Below are positions 8,553 through 17,308 of a stretch of DNA of 64,000 bases, piece by piece. The notes under the pieces were generated by a model. The model had not been told where the DNA came from and made no database searches. It saw only the letters and a program-made list of their open reading frames with translations. The translations under genes and the position numbers were made by a program. Positions within the stretch are counted from its first letter, which is position 1. The number at the start of each line of letters is the position of its first letter. The stretch comes from Candidatus Nanoarchaeia archaeon (GTDB taxonomy: Archaea > Nanobdellota > Nanobdellia > Woesearchaeales > ARS49): positions 78,092-142,091 of the forward strand of contig JBGPOY010000003.1 of assembly GCA_041488275.1 (NCBI GenBank), read 5' to 3'.

Positions 8553-9545
8553 TTACAGTTCTCGGGAACGTTGCCATTGCCGAATCACAATCCACGCGAG
8601 CGTTCCCAGAATGACAAAGCCGAGCAGGAAGCCGAGGAACTGCCCCAGTCCCGAACTCAGAAATCCGCCCGCGGTAAGCGAGTCGTTCGCGATGTAGAAG
8701 AAGTCCATGCTCCACGGAATCAGCCGGGGAACGTAGATTTCGAAGAACGTTGTGCCCTGCCACCAAATCATGATGACGCCGATGAAGATGAGGATGATGG
8801 CGCTTGCGATGTTGTACGTGTGCGTGACGATTTCTTTGCCGAAGAGCTTGAACGTGATGACTTTTCCCTGAATCCATTTCTTGTGGGCGAGGTCGAACTT
8901 GTCGCTCAGCATCGCCACCAGCAGGAGCGGAAGCGAAACGCCGAGGGCGTAAAAGACGAGATACGCGGTGCCCGTCAGAACCGTGCCGGCGTTTGCCGCC
9001 AGCAACAGGATGCCGCCGAGGACCGGTCCGACGCACGGCGTCCAGCCGAGCGCGAAGAAAAATCCGAACAGCGTCATCGTGAACGCGCTCTTGGCTTTGT
9101 GGTGGTCGAGCTTGAACTGGAACCACGTGAAGCCCTTGTTGAGCAATGTCATGATGCCGAACGCGATGAAGATGAATCCGGAAACGACCGCGAACGGTTT
9201 TTTGAACTCGTTGATGAATACGCCGAGAATCGCTGCGCTCAATCCGAGCGTGGTGAACGCGAGTATGAGCCCGGCGCAGAAGAACGCGGTCATCAGCACG
9301 GCGCGCTTGCGTTCTTTGAACAGGAAACTGAAGAAGGTGGGCAGCAGGACAAACCCGCACGGGCTGGTGAAGCTGATGATGCCCGCGATGAACGCGATGA
9401 GGAACGTGATGCTCGCCGCGAGCTGTTCCCGATACTGAAGAATCTTGAGGACGCCGGGCGGAAACTGGGACGGCGCGACGGTCTGCGCTGCAACGATGGG
9501 CAGGGCAAGCAGGAACACCAGGAGCAGAACGCCCGTGAATTTCAT
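8553..9545 (-). CDS. ccdA: CcdA/DsbD-family transmembrane thiol-disulfide electron transporter
   Basis: Two membrane-embedded Cys motifs (FTSPCGFVLLP and GWTPCVGPVLG) in a polytopic protein. The start was trimmed to MKFTGVLLL (signal-like). Confidence 0.85.
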   Translation of the reverse strand: MKFTGVLLLVFLLALPIVAAQTVAPSQFPPGVLKILQYREQLAASITFLIAFIAGIISFTSPCGFVLLPTFFSFLFKERKRAVLMTAFFCAGLILAFTTLGLSAAILGVFINEFKKPFAVVSGFIFIAFGIMTLLNKGFTWFQFKLDHHKAKSAFTMTLFGFFFALGWTPCVGPVLGGILLLAANAGTVLTGTAYLVFYALGVSLPLLLVAMLSDKFDLAHKKWIQGKVITFKLFGKEIVTHTYNIASAIILIFIGVIMIWWQGTTFFEIYVPRLIPWSMDFFYIANDSLTAGGFLSSGLGQFLGFLLGFVILGTLAWIVIRQWQRSREL

Positions 9546-9585
9546 AGCATTACGAATCCTGTAACGGTTTATAAGCTTTATGGAC

Positions 9586-9879
9586 TCACGAAACGAACAA
9601 GAACTTCTTCGCAAGAGAGAGCAATCCCGCAATCGCGTACGCCGTGACCATCGCGGCTTCAACGGGCTGTTCTATCTGGTCCATCAGCGTCGGATAAATG
9701 TTCAGCCATTCCGCCGCAACCATCGCCGCCCAAAAGAATCCTATGACCGAAGCGACGAGAAACACCATCCAGAACAGCGAGAGATCCTTGGTCTTGGCAT
9801 AGTTGCCTCCGGCGACCAATGCAGCAAGCAGGAAGCACGCCGCGCCGATGACGTCCAGCGTCGCAATCAGTCCCGCCAT
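9586..9879 (-). CDS. Hypothetical membrane protein
   Basis: 97 aa with 3 hydrophobic helices. Start/stop is coupled with the upstream gene (shared position 9879). Confidence 0.55.
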   Translation of the reverse strand: MAGLIATLDVIGAACFLLAALVAGGNYAKTKDLSLFWMVFLVASVIGFFWAAMVAAEWLNIYPTLMDQIEQPVEAAMVTAYAIAGLLSLAKKFLFVS

Positions 9880-10250
9880 TATTTGCCGCCCTTCATTGCC
9901 TTGTTTAACTGCGCAAGATGCTCTTCACGCTGATGCTCGGGCACGGCCGCTTCCTGAACGACGGGCTTGCCCAGCGCTTGCAGTTTCAGGAAGTGCATGT
10001 ATGCGCCCAACAGGAACAGCACTCCCGCCAGCGCGACGCCAACAAGGTGCTCCACGAGATTGAATTGGTCGGGATACCAAAAACCTTCCACGACGGTCGC
10101 GATGCCGCCGATGAGCAGTGCAGTGTACGCGAAGAAAAACCAGCGCGTGAATTCCCTGCGGCGCACGGACGCGACTAACGGGACGTATCCGATAAGCAGC
10201 AGCACCAGCACGATGACTTCGTTCGGCTCAAGCGCGCTCATGACATCCAT
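9879..10250 (-). CDS. Hypothetical membrane protein
   Basis: 123 aa with 3-4 TM helices and a charged C-terminal tail. Confidence 0.6.
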   Translation of the reverse strand: MDVMSALEPNEVIVLVLLLIGYVPLVASVRRREFTRWFFFAYTALLIGGIATVVEGFWYPDQFNLVEHLVGVALAGVLFLLGAYMHFLKLQALGKPVVQEAAVPEHQREEHLAQLNKAMKGGK

Positions 10251-10308
10251 TTCCCCTCTGTCGCTTCGCCGTCTTAAATTCTTATATCACTATTAAGAAA
10301 TAGCAACA

Positions 10309-10989
10309 CTACGGCGATTCGAGCCAGTCGAGGATGTCCTGCCCGACGCCGGGCGAGGAATACAGCGCGACGCCGTGCCCGCCGGAAGGATAGACCTTGA
10401 CCGTGACGCGGGGATTCTGTTTCGCGAGCGCGCGGACGCTTTGCGCAGAGTAGACGTCGTCTTCCGCGGCAAGCAACAGCGTCGTGTTCGGCGCGCCGCC
10501 GATGCCTTGCTCGGGCGTGATGCCCCGAAAATCGAGTCCGGGAGAAATCCCGATGAGCGCCGTGACGTTTTTGTCGGTCGCGGCGTAGTTGATGGCTGCG
10601 TTGGCAGTGAAGCTCGCGCCGACGAGCAGAAGGTGCTTGGTGTCCGCCCCTTGAGCCGCGAGAAAGTCTTTTGCGGCGCGGATATCGAGAGGGAGTTTCG
10701 TGAAATCCGCGTCCGTCATGGTTTGCCAGTTGCCGGAGCTCTGTCCGTGCCCGCGCACGTCAATCGCGATGACGCTGTAGCCCGCGTCCTGCAGCTGCGG
10801 CGCGAACGCGTCGTAATCGTGCCGGTCTCGGCGGAACTGGTGCAGAAGTATCGCGCCGGGCGCTCTGCCGGGAGCGGGATAATAGGTGTACGCAATGGAC
10901 GCTCCGTCGGACGCAGTGAGTTTCGGCATGGTCTGAACAGGCGCGCACGCGGCAAGCACAATGAGCAACGCAAGCGCGTACGCACGCAT
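10309..10989 (-). CDS. Alpha/beta-hydrolase lipoprotein candidate
   Basis: MRAYALALLIVLAAC (lipobox-like LAAC), an HGQSSG-region nucleophile-elbow-like GASFTA, and a C-terminal GGHG. The 459-aa ORF was trimmed; Met at 11022 is an alternative start. Confidence 0.75.
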   Translation of the reverse strand: MRAYALALLIVLAACAPVQTMPKLTASDGASIAYTYYPAPGRAPGAILLHQFRRDRHDYDAFAPQLQDAGYSVIAIDVRGHGQSSGNWQTMTDADFTKLPLDIRAAKDFLAAQGADTKHLLLVGASFTANAAINYAATDKNVTALIGISPGLDFRGITPEQGIGGAPNTTLLLAAEDDVYSAQSVRALAKQNPRVTVKVYPSGGHGVALYSSPGVGQDILDWLESP

Positions 10990-11076
10990 ACGCTCGACAA
11001 GCGGGCGCGGGCTTTTAATCATTTCGCGTGCGAAGCTATAAATACGGGGCGGAGCTTCAACCCTCGAGAGGTACTG

Positions 11077-12027
11077 ATGGCATTTGCTCCCGAATTTCAA
11101 GGCGTTGTTGCTTGGCTGAACACCAAGCCGCTCACGCTCAAGCAGCTGGAAGGCAAGGTTGTCGTCGTTGATTTCTGGACGTATTCCTGCGTGAACTGTG
11201 TCCGCACGCTGCCCCATCTTATCGCGACGTACGAGAAGTACGCGAAGTACGGTCTCGTGATTGTCGGCGTGCACACGCCCGAATTCGATTTCGAGAAACA
11301 GATCGAGAACGTCACGGCCGCCGTCAAAAAGTTCAAGATTCCGTATCCCGTCGCGGTCGACAGCAACTGGACCGTGTGGAGCGCGTACGGAAACTCCTAC
11401 TGGCCGCGGCAGTATCTGCTGAACGGCAACGGCGAAATCGTGTGGGACCACATCGGCGAGGGCGGGTACGACGAGATTGAACAGCACATCCGCAAGGAAT
11501 TGGAAAAGCTCGGCGCGAAACTTCCTCCGGTAAACGTGGGCAAGCCCGAACACCGCGCGGGATTCCTCGCGCAGCTGCGCACCACGCGCGAAACGTATCT
11601 GGGCAGCGAGCGCAACGAGGGTTTTGGCTCCGGACGCGTCTGCGTCAAGGAAGGATGCGACCGCCACGTTGACCAAGTGCAGAACCACGACCCGGACGTG
11701 CTGTATCTCGGCGGCGACTGGAAGCAGACCGGCGAATCAGTCGAGCACGACGGCGCGAACGAAGGCCACATTCTCCAGAAATACACCGCAAAGGAAGTCA
11801 ATCTCGTGATGGACTGCGCCAAGAAACCGTGTACTGTCAAGGTGCTGCTGGACGGCAAACCGATTCCGAAGGACATGAAGGGCGATGACGTCGACGCGAA
11901 AGGCATGGTCACGATTGACGGTCCGTGGATGTACCGCCTCGTCAGCGGAAAAGCAACAGAACAGCACGAGCTCAAGCTCGTGACAAAGTCTCCCGGACTG
12001 AAGGCGTTCGCGTTTACGTACGGGTAA
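11077..12027 (+). CDS. Thioredoxin-like (TlpA/redoxin) protein with a C-terminal beta-rich domain (DipZ C-terminal-like)
   Basis: VVVDFWTYSCVNCVRTLPHL (CxxC) and GVHTPEFDFEK, followed by a roughly 150-aa second domain. The start was trimmed to MAFAPEF. A TATA (CTATAAATA) lies about 40 nt upstream. Confidence 0.85.
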   Translation: MAFAPEFQGVVAWLNTKPLTLKQLEGKVVVVDFWTYSCVNCVRTLPHLIATYEKYAKYGLVIVGVHTPEFDFEKQIENVTAAVKKFKIPYPVAVDSNWTVWSAYGNSYWPRQYLLNGNGEIVWDHIGEGGYDEIEQHIRKELEKLGAKLPPVNVGKPEHRAGFLAQLRTTRETYLGSERNEGFGSGRVCVKEGCDRHVDQVQNHDPDVLYLGGDWKQTGESVEHDGANEGHILQKYTAKEVNLVMDCAKKPCTVKVLLDGKPIPKDMKGDDVDAKGMVTIDGPWMYRLVSGKATEQHELKLVTKSPGLKAFAFTYG

Positions 12028-12050
12028 TTCTGAGAAGCATCAGTACAGTT

Positions 12051-12968
12051 CTACGCCTTTCCTTTACTTCCGAACAATTCCATCCTGTGTTCGACGACTT
12101 TCTGCATTTGGTCGCGCGCCGCTCCGAGCAGATGGCGGGGATCGAACTCTTCGGGATGCGCCGCGATGAATTCGCGCAGCCCTGCCGTGAACGCGAGCCG
12201 CAAGTCCGTGTCCGTGTTGATTTTGCACACGCCGTGCTTGATGGCGCGCACGACCTGCTCCTCGGGAACGCCCTCGGGAGCGCCGAACTTTGCGCCGAAT
12301 TTCTGCGCTTTCTGGACCAACCAATGAGGAACGGCTGACGCGCCGTGCAGTACGAGAGGAATGCCGACGGTTTCGCGGATGACCTGCAGACGCCCGATGT
12401 CGAGCGACGCTGTGCCGGAGAACTTGTACGCGCCGTGCGACGTTCCAATCGCAACAGCGAGTGAATCACAGCAGGTTTTCTTGACAAACTCAGCGGCAGC
12501 GGAAGGGTCGGTGTAAATGATGTGGCGCGCGCTCACCAAATCCTCGGCGCCGCCGATGGTGCCGAGTTCTGCCTCGACGGAAATGCCTTTCTTGTGCGCC
12601 CACTCCACGACTTGCTTCGTATTTTTGATGTTCTCCTCAAAAGGCAGGTGGCTGCCGTCGTACATAATCGACGTGTAACCGACATCAATGCATTTCTTGA
12701 CGAGCGTGAGGTCGCGTCCGTGGTCAAGGTGGAGCGCAAACGGCATCTTGGACTCGGTCGCGGCTTCGCGGACGAGCAGAAAGAGGCTGTGCAGCCCCGC
12801 ATACTGAATCGCGCCTTCGGACGTCTGGAGTATCGCGGGCGATTTCTGTTGTTCGGCGGCGCGCACGATGGCTTGGAGAATTTCGAGGTTGTTGACGTTG
12901 AAAGCCCCGACCGCGTAACCGCGCTTCTGCGCGTCCGCAAGGAGCGTCGCTCCCGTCACGAGCGTCAT
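12051..12968 (-). CDS. fba: Class II fructose-bisphosphate aldolase family
   Basis: GYAVGAFNVNNLE, LHLDHG and VLHGAS motifs. Confidence 0.9.
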   Translation of the reverse strand: MTLVTGATLLADAQKRGYAVGAFNVNNLEILQAIVRAAEQQKSPAILQTSEGAIQYAGLHSLFLLVREAATESKMPFALHLDHGRDLTLVKKCIDVGYTSIMYDGSHLPFEENIKNTKQVVEWAHKKGISVEAELGTIGGAEDLVSARHIIYTDPSAAAEFVKKTCCDSLAVAIGTSHGAYKFSGTASLDIGRLQVIRETVGIPLVLHGASAVPHWLVQKAQKFGAKFGAPEGVPEEQVVRAIKHGVCKINTDTDLRLAFTAGLREFIAAHPEEFDPRHLLGAARDQMQKVVEHRMELFGSKGKA

Positions 12969-13939
12969 GGGAGTTCCGAAACCTTGACCGCGTGCGGGCG
13001 CCGGAGCTGCGCGAACGCTTCCTTGCGCGTCGCGAGGTCGTTTTTCGCGCCCACTGCGCGGAGCGTGCTTTCCGCCTGAATCTGCCCCAAACGCAGCGAG
13101 GTCGGAATGTCTTTCTTCATCATCTGCCCCGCGACGAATCCCGAAGCGAACGCGTCGCCCGCGCCGGTCGTTTCCACGACGCGGATGGTGCGCGGCATAA
13201 TCATGTACACTTTTTTGCCGTCGGTAGCGTACGCGCCGCGGTGGCCGTCCGTGATGACGGGAATCTTGACGTAGAGCGCGAGGTCGCAGAGCATTTCGGC
13301 AATGGATTTCTCGGTCGTGCCGAGCAATGCCTGCGCTTCTTCCTTGTTGAACACGAGCACATCAAGTCCTCGGAGAACGGGCATCAGTTCCGCAAGCCCG
13401 CGGCTGGCGAGATAGAGGCTTGGGTTGAACGCGATTTTGGTTCCGTGTTTGCGCGCCTGCTTGACGATGCCGAGGAACGTGTTCCAGCTTTTGCCGAGCA
13501 TTGAACTGCAGTACAGCCATTTCGCGTGCAGTTTCGGAACGTCGCGCGGCAGGAGCTGGTCATTGACGCCTTTGAACGTGAGAATGGTGCGGTCATGTTC
13601 CAATCCGACAAGAATCACCGAATAACCGGTGCGTCCGGGCTTGTGCGCGCCGAGGAACGCTACTTTGTCCTTTTTGACGGCGTCAAGCACCGTGCGCGCG
13701 TTCGGGTCGCTGCCGACCACGCCGAGCCAGCCGGTCCTGAAACCGAGCCGCGAGAACGAAACCGCGGCATTCGTGCCGCCGCCGCCCGTGTCGAACACCA
13801 AGTCATCAATCAAGACTTTTGCGCCGAGATGGAGGCAGACGTCGTGGTGGTGCGCGTGCCGGAGAATTTCGCGCGAGGACGCTTTCGTAGTCACGAACAC
13901 GTCAACGGTTGCGCTTCCTATCGTGATAATGTCAAACAC
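12965..13939 (-). CDS. PfkB-family carbohydrate kinase (ribokinase-like)
   Basis: GGGGTNAAVSFSRLG and TGAGDAFASGF motifs. GTG start with the SD-like AAGAGGTGA upstream. Overlaps fba by 4 nt. Confidence 0.9.
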   Translation of the reverse strand: MFDIITIGSATVDVFVTTKASSREILRHAHHHDVCLHLGAKVLIDDLVFDTGGGGTNAAVSFSRLGFRTGWLGVVGSDPNARTVLDAVKKDKVAFLGAHKPGRTGYSVILVGLEHDRTILTFKGVNDQLLPRDVPKLHAKWLYCSSMLGKSWNTFLGIVKQARKHGTKIAFNPSLYLASRGLAELMPVLRGLDVLVFNKEEAQALLGTTEKSIAEMLCDLALYVKIPVITDGHRGAYATDGKKVYMIMPRTIRVVETTGAGDAFASGFVAGQMMKKDIPTSLRLGQIQAESTLRAVGAKNDLATRKEAFAQLRRPHAVKVSELP

Positions 13940-14078
13940 GCGGTCACCTCTTTAGTCATGAGGGGTTGCGGTGCTTTTTAAAGCTTGCCCAGCCGAAGGG
14001 AAAAACGTGCTGCCCAGGAGCGTTGGCAACGTCGTCTCGAACGAACCAAACTGCTGGAGAGTCTGCCACGACGTGCCG

Positions 14079-14852
14079 TTACTTGAACAGCTTGTTCCAC
14101 AAAGGCACAGACGCATTTGCAATTGCGAGCGCCACGTTGAAGTCGCCGAAATGCACTACTGCCGAAAACAGCGCCACGAGAACTCCTGCCAAAAGACCGT
14201 ACGCCAGCTGGGGAATTCTGCGCAACGGACTGGTTTTGGGCTCGATGACCATGATGGTTGCGAAGAAGAACAGTGCCGAGCTGTTGAGGAATTCCGCCAG
14301 CACGTCTCCGGGGCTGAGCGCGGCGCGGATTCCGAAATACGCGAGCAGGAAAGGAATGACAATCCACCCGCGCCGCATTCTCGTCACGACAAATATGCCG
14401 CCCAGAATAATGACGAGCAAGCCGATGGGGCCGAGCGCGCCGCCGGACACTCCCCACCACGTGGCGTGCGTGCCAAGCAAATACGTTCCAAGAAGGATGC
14501 CGAAGTTCGCGGGGTTGAAGTAATGCTTGCCGTGCCACGCGATGACGACCTTGGACAGAATCGCGATGAGCGCGACAGCGGCGACGAGCCAGAGCGCGGT
14601 TTGATAACTGAGCACCAGTCCGACGATGCTGCCCGTCACGAGCCCGGAACTCGGGAACGCCCAGCCGCCTTTCTGGAAGCGGATAATCAGCAGGTCAACG
14701 ACGCCTGCGACAAGGATGGCGGTAAAGAAAGGAATGAGTGTCGCGGCATAGCCGTACTGCGCGCCTGCAACGAGCGCGTAGACGAGGAACAGCAGTCCCA
14801 TCGGATGGCGGGTGTCGTTCCACCACCACGCAAACAACTCTTTCGGGCTCAT
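14079..14852 (-). CDS. Polytopic membrane protein (RnfD/NqrB-like, tentative)
   Basis: 257 aa with about 8 TM helices. The GKHYFNPANFG motif is reminiscent of the NqrB/RnfD family; this is a weak family call. Confidence 0.7.
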   Translation of the reverse strand: MSPKELFAWWWNDTRHPMGLLFLVYALVAGAQYGYAATLIPFFTAILVAGVVDLLIIRFQKGGWAFPSSGLVTGSIVGLVLSYQTALWLVAAVALIAILSKVVIAWHGKHYFNPANFGILLGTYLLGTHATWWGVSGGALGPIGLLVIILGGIFVVTRMRRGWIVIPFLLAYFGIRAALSPGDVLAEFLNSSALFFFATIMVIEPKTSPLRRIPQLAYGLLAGVLVALFSAVVHFGDFNVALAIANASVPLWNKLFK

Positions 14853-15298
14853 GCCGAGGCGTTGGGAGTTTGTGCTATTTGAACGTTGCTATCGCTCGCG
14901 TTCTCAGCCGGAAGGACCGTGATGTTGCCTTCCATGTCCTGCTGGTACTGGTCGCGGTACTTGTAGAATCCCGGCTTGGTGAAGATGACGCTCCACGTCG
15001 TGCCCGGCTTGAACGCAGGCGAGGGCGCCTCACCCCACATCCAGATGGATTTGATGAACGGCATCTTGTTGTCCCAGCGCACGCGGTCGCCGACGTGAAC
15101 GGTGATGTTTGCAGGCAGGAACATCCAGTCTTTGATGACGATGTCAACGATGCCGCCGTTCACGATGCCTGTTTCGACGGACGTGTCGGGGTTTTCCTGT
15201 GCAGGAGGCGTCGTCTGCGGCGGCTGCGCAGCGGGAGACGTGCACGCTGCGAGCAGCAGCAGCAGCAGACAGGCGAGCAATGCTGTGATCGTTTTCAT
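14849..15298 (-). CDS. Cupredoxin-like lipoprotein candidate (copper ligands not evident)
   Basis: MKTITALLACLLLLLLAACTSP (lipobox). It has the cupredoxin-like pattern ITVHVGDRVRWDN...GFYKYRDQYQQDMEGNITV, but the Cys/His ligand positions are substituted. Confidence 0.75.
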   Translation of the reverse strand: MKTITALLACLLLLLLAACTSPAAQPPQTTPPAQENPDTSVETGIVNGGIVDIVIKDWMFLPANITVHVGDRVRWDNKMPFIKSIWMWGEAPSPAFKPGTTWSVIFTKPGFYKYRDQYQQDMEGNITVLPAENASDSNVQIAQTPNASA

Positions 15299-15933
15299 GG
15301 TGCAACTCCGGACATCGCCGTCTGCGCGAATTTGCGCTCGCGCCGGGCAATGACGTACCCGACTGCGGTGAGGACGATGCCCACGCCGAGGATGATGGCG
15401 TAATAAAAGGTGAATGTGCTGAAGACGGTGTTCAGCAGGGGTGTAACAAAGGGGACGCTGTCCGGAGGCAGTCCGTTCATGATGGCGGTCTGCGTGACGG
15501 GCTTGAGCGCGATGTTCAGCCCCGAGATAATCGCAGGAACGCCGACCGCCCGAAGTCTGCTGCCCCACGTTTCTGCGGCGAGCAGGATGGCCACGATTGC
15601 GAGCAGCGCGACGACAATGGTATAGCCGGTCATCTGCGCGAAAAAGTCGTGCCCCGTCTTGCTGACCAAGACGACGCCAAGCCCTTCCTTGGGCGGGCTC
15701 CTGACGCAGCCGAGGATGCCGCCGCACGGATACTGCGCGAGGTAAATGCGGTCGAACTCGGCGTTCGCCGTTTCTTGGCTCGCGCCCTGACTGGCGGCGA
15801 TGGTGCCGACAAACGGGCGCAGCGTTTCCTCTGAAGTGAGCTTGCTGAATGCCAGCGAAAGCACGCTGAATCCGAGCGCGAAGGTCAGGATAAGCGTGGC
15901 GACGCTGAGCAGGAGTGTTCTCCACCAGGCCAT
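15295..15933 (-). CDS. Hypothetical membrane protein
   Basis: The start was trimmed to MAWWRTLLL. A TATA (minus strand CTTTAAATAC) lies about 24 nt upstream, so the transcript is probably leaderless. 4-5 TM helices. Confidence 0.65.
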   Translation of the reverse strand: MAWWRTLLLSVATLILTFALGFSVLSLAFSKLTSEETLRPFVGTIAASQGASQETANAEFDRIYLAQYPCGGILGCVRSPPKEGLGVVLVSKTGHDFFAQMTGYTIVVALLAIVAILLAAETWGSRLRAVGVPAIISGLNIALKPVTQTAIMNGLPPDSVPFVTPLLNTVFSTFTFYYAIILGVGIVLTAVGYVIARRERKFAQTAMSGVAP

Positions 15934-16027
15934 AGTCGCATCTGCCGAAGCGGGGTATTTAAAGATTGTGAAGCACGGTTTCGACGGAAATTCATATATA
16001 CCTCCGCCGTGCGCACGGAAACGGGGT

Positions 16028-17308
16028 ATGGCATACATTCACGATACGCTCAAGGAAGAACAGACCGCAGGCGCGAGCCCGGCGGACGTGCGCGCGCACG
16101 CCGAGCGCTGGATTCAGCACGCGGCAAACCCGATGACGTACCAGCTGCCGCACGGCTATTGGTCGCCGGGAACCTGGTGGCCGTCCTCCCAAGAAGTGCT
16201 CAGCAATCTCAACGAGATGAAGAAATTTTATGACGCGTTCCGGCCGTTTCTCGGCGAGGCGCCTTCCCTGATTCTGCAGGAAGCCGAAGCTCGTCTGCAC
16301 ACCGAAGCAGGCGCGATGTTTCGGCTCGCGGACATGGATGAACAGGCGCGCATGAAGCTGCCCGCCCACGAGTTTCCTCCGTACTGTTTCGATTTCAACA
16401 ACGCGGTGCACGAGAGCGACGATTGGGAGTCGCTCAAGCTCGTCACGTTTTTGCCGCAGCGCGTGGGCGGCGGCGGGTTCGCGGACATCTACAAAGCGAC
16501 GGGAAAAGACGGAGCGTCACTCGCGCTCAAGCTGTTCCATCTCGACCACCAGCGCTCGCGGGCGGAACGCGCCGACCGCTCGTGGTATCACGAAGTGCAG
16601 TTCATCATCCGCAATGTTTGGGAGCACCGCGAGGTCGTCCAGCAGGAACCGTTCGCAAAGTACCGGTTCGGCAGCAGCAAAGGAGGCTGGTATCTGCGCG
16701 AATTCGCCGAGGGCAAGCCCGTCGAGAGCATGCTCGAAGCGGGCTGCTCGGTGCGCGACAAGGAACTCGCGGGAAAGATTTTGCTGACGTACGCGGGGAT
16801 GCTCAAGTCACTCCACAGCAAGGGGCTTGCGTTCGCGGACAACGGGTGGAGCAACGTCGTCTTCAGCCCCGAACGCGTCACGGTCGTGGATTATGACCTT
16901 GTGTTCCCGTTCGCGCGCATCAACGAAGTGGAGAAGGACGGCGACCGCGTCTATGCGACTCACGTCCCCCGCCGCGCGGCGCACCGGATGTACGCTTCGC
17001 GCGAACAGTTCATCATGGAGGAACCGCTCACGCCGCACAGCGAGCTCGAAAGTTTCGCGCGGATGCTGGACGTGTTCTGCGTCGGCGGCCCGCTGAAGCC
17101 GTTCAAGTGGGATGAGAGCGACGCGCGCCACTCGACGGAGCTGAAAGAACGCGCCCACGCCAACAAGTCTCGATATCCGCCGAACCGCAAAGGACTTCTG
17201 CCCCGACATCTTCGCGACGTCGTGCCGCGGCTCATCACGTATCCGCGCGATGACTCCATCACGATTGATAACATCATCGACGCAATCAAGGCGGATTACA
17301 AAGTCTGA
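16028..17308 (+). CDS. Protein-kinase-like fold protein (divergent catalytic motifs)
   Basis: Gly-rich loop GGGGFADIYKA plus LALKLF (VAIK-like Lys). The catalytic-loop region is LAFADNGWSNVVF and DYD replaces DFG. The start was trimmed to MAYIHD, with the TATA CATATATAC about 30 nt upstream. Confidence 0.7.
   Translation: MAYIHDTLKEEQTAGASPADVRAHAERWIQHAANPMTYQLPHGYWSPGTWWPSSQEVLSNLNEMKKFYDAFRPFLGEAPSLILQEAEARLHTEAGAMFRLADMDEQARMKLPAHEFPPYCFDFNNAVHESDDWESLKLVTFLPQRVGGGGFADIYKATGKDGASLALKLFHLDHQRSRAERADRSWYHEVQFIIRNVWEHREVVQQEPFAKYRFGSSKGGWYLREFAEGKPVESMLEAGCSVRDKELAGKILLTYAGMLKSLHSKGLAFADNGWSNVVFSPERVTVVDYDLVFPFARINEVEKDGDRVYATHVPRRAAHRMYASREQFIMEEPLTPHSELESFARMLDVFCVGGPLKPFKWDESDARHSTELKERAHANKSRYPPNRKGLLPRHLRDVVPRLITYPRDDSITIDNIIDAIKADYKV

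Noticed and set aside
8389-9647. Long overlapping ORFs (8389..9360 minus strand, 323 aa; 8571..9647 plus strand, 358 aa) over the CcdA gene
   Set aside because: Alternative-frame and antisense shadows of ccdA. Their composition is extreme (R/H/E/D-rich), whereas the CcdA frame has clear TM helices and conserved PC motifs.
10309-12027. N-terminal extensions of the overlapping 459-aa (minus strand) and 550-aa (plus strand) ORFs; similar long extensions occur at 14849..15925, 20083..20934, 35615..37384 and 1494..2294
   Set aside because: The extensions overlap the neighbouring real gene on the other strand or a tRNA, and are compositionally aberrant. Internal Met codons preceded by TATA boxes, signal peptides or lipoboxes give proteins of family-typical length.
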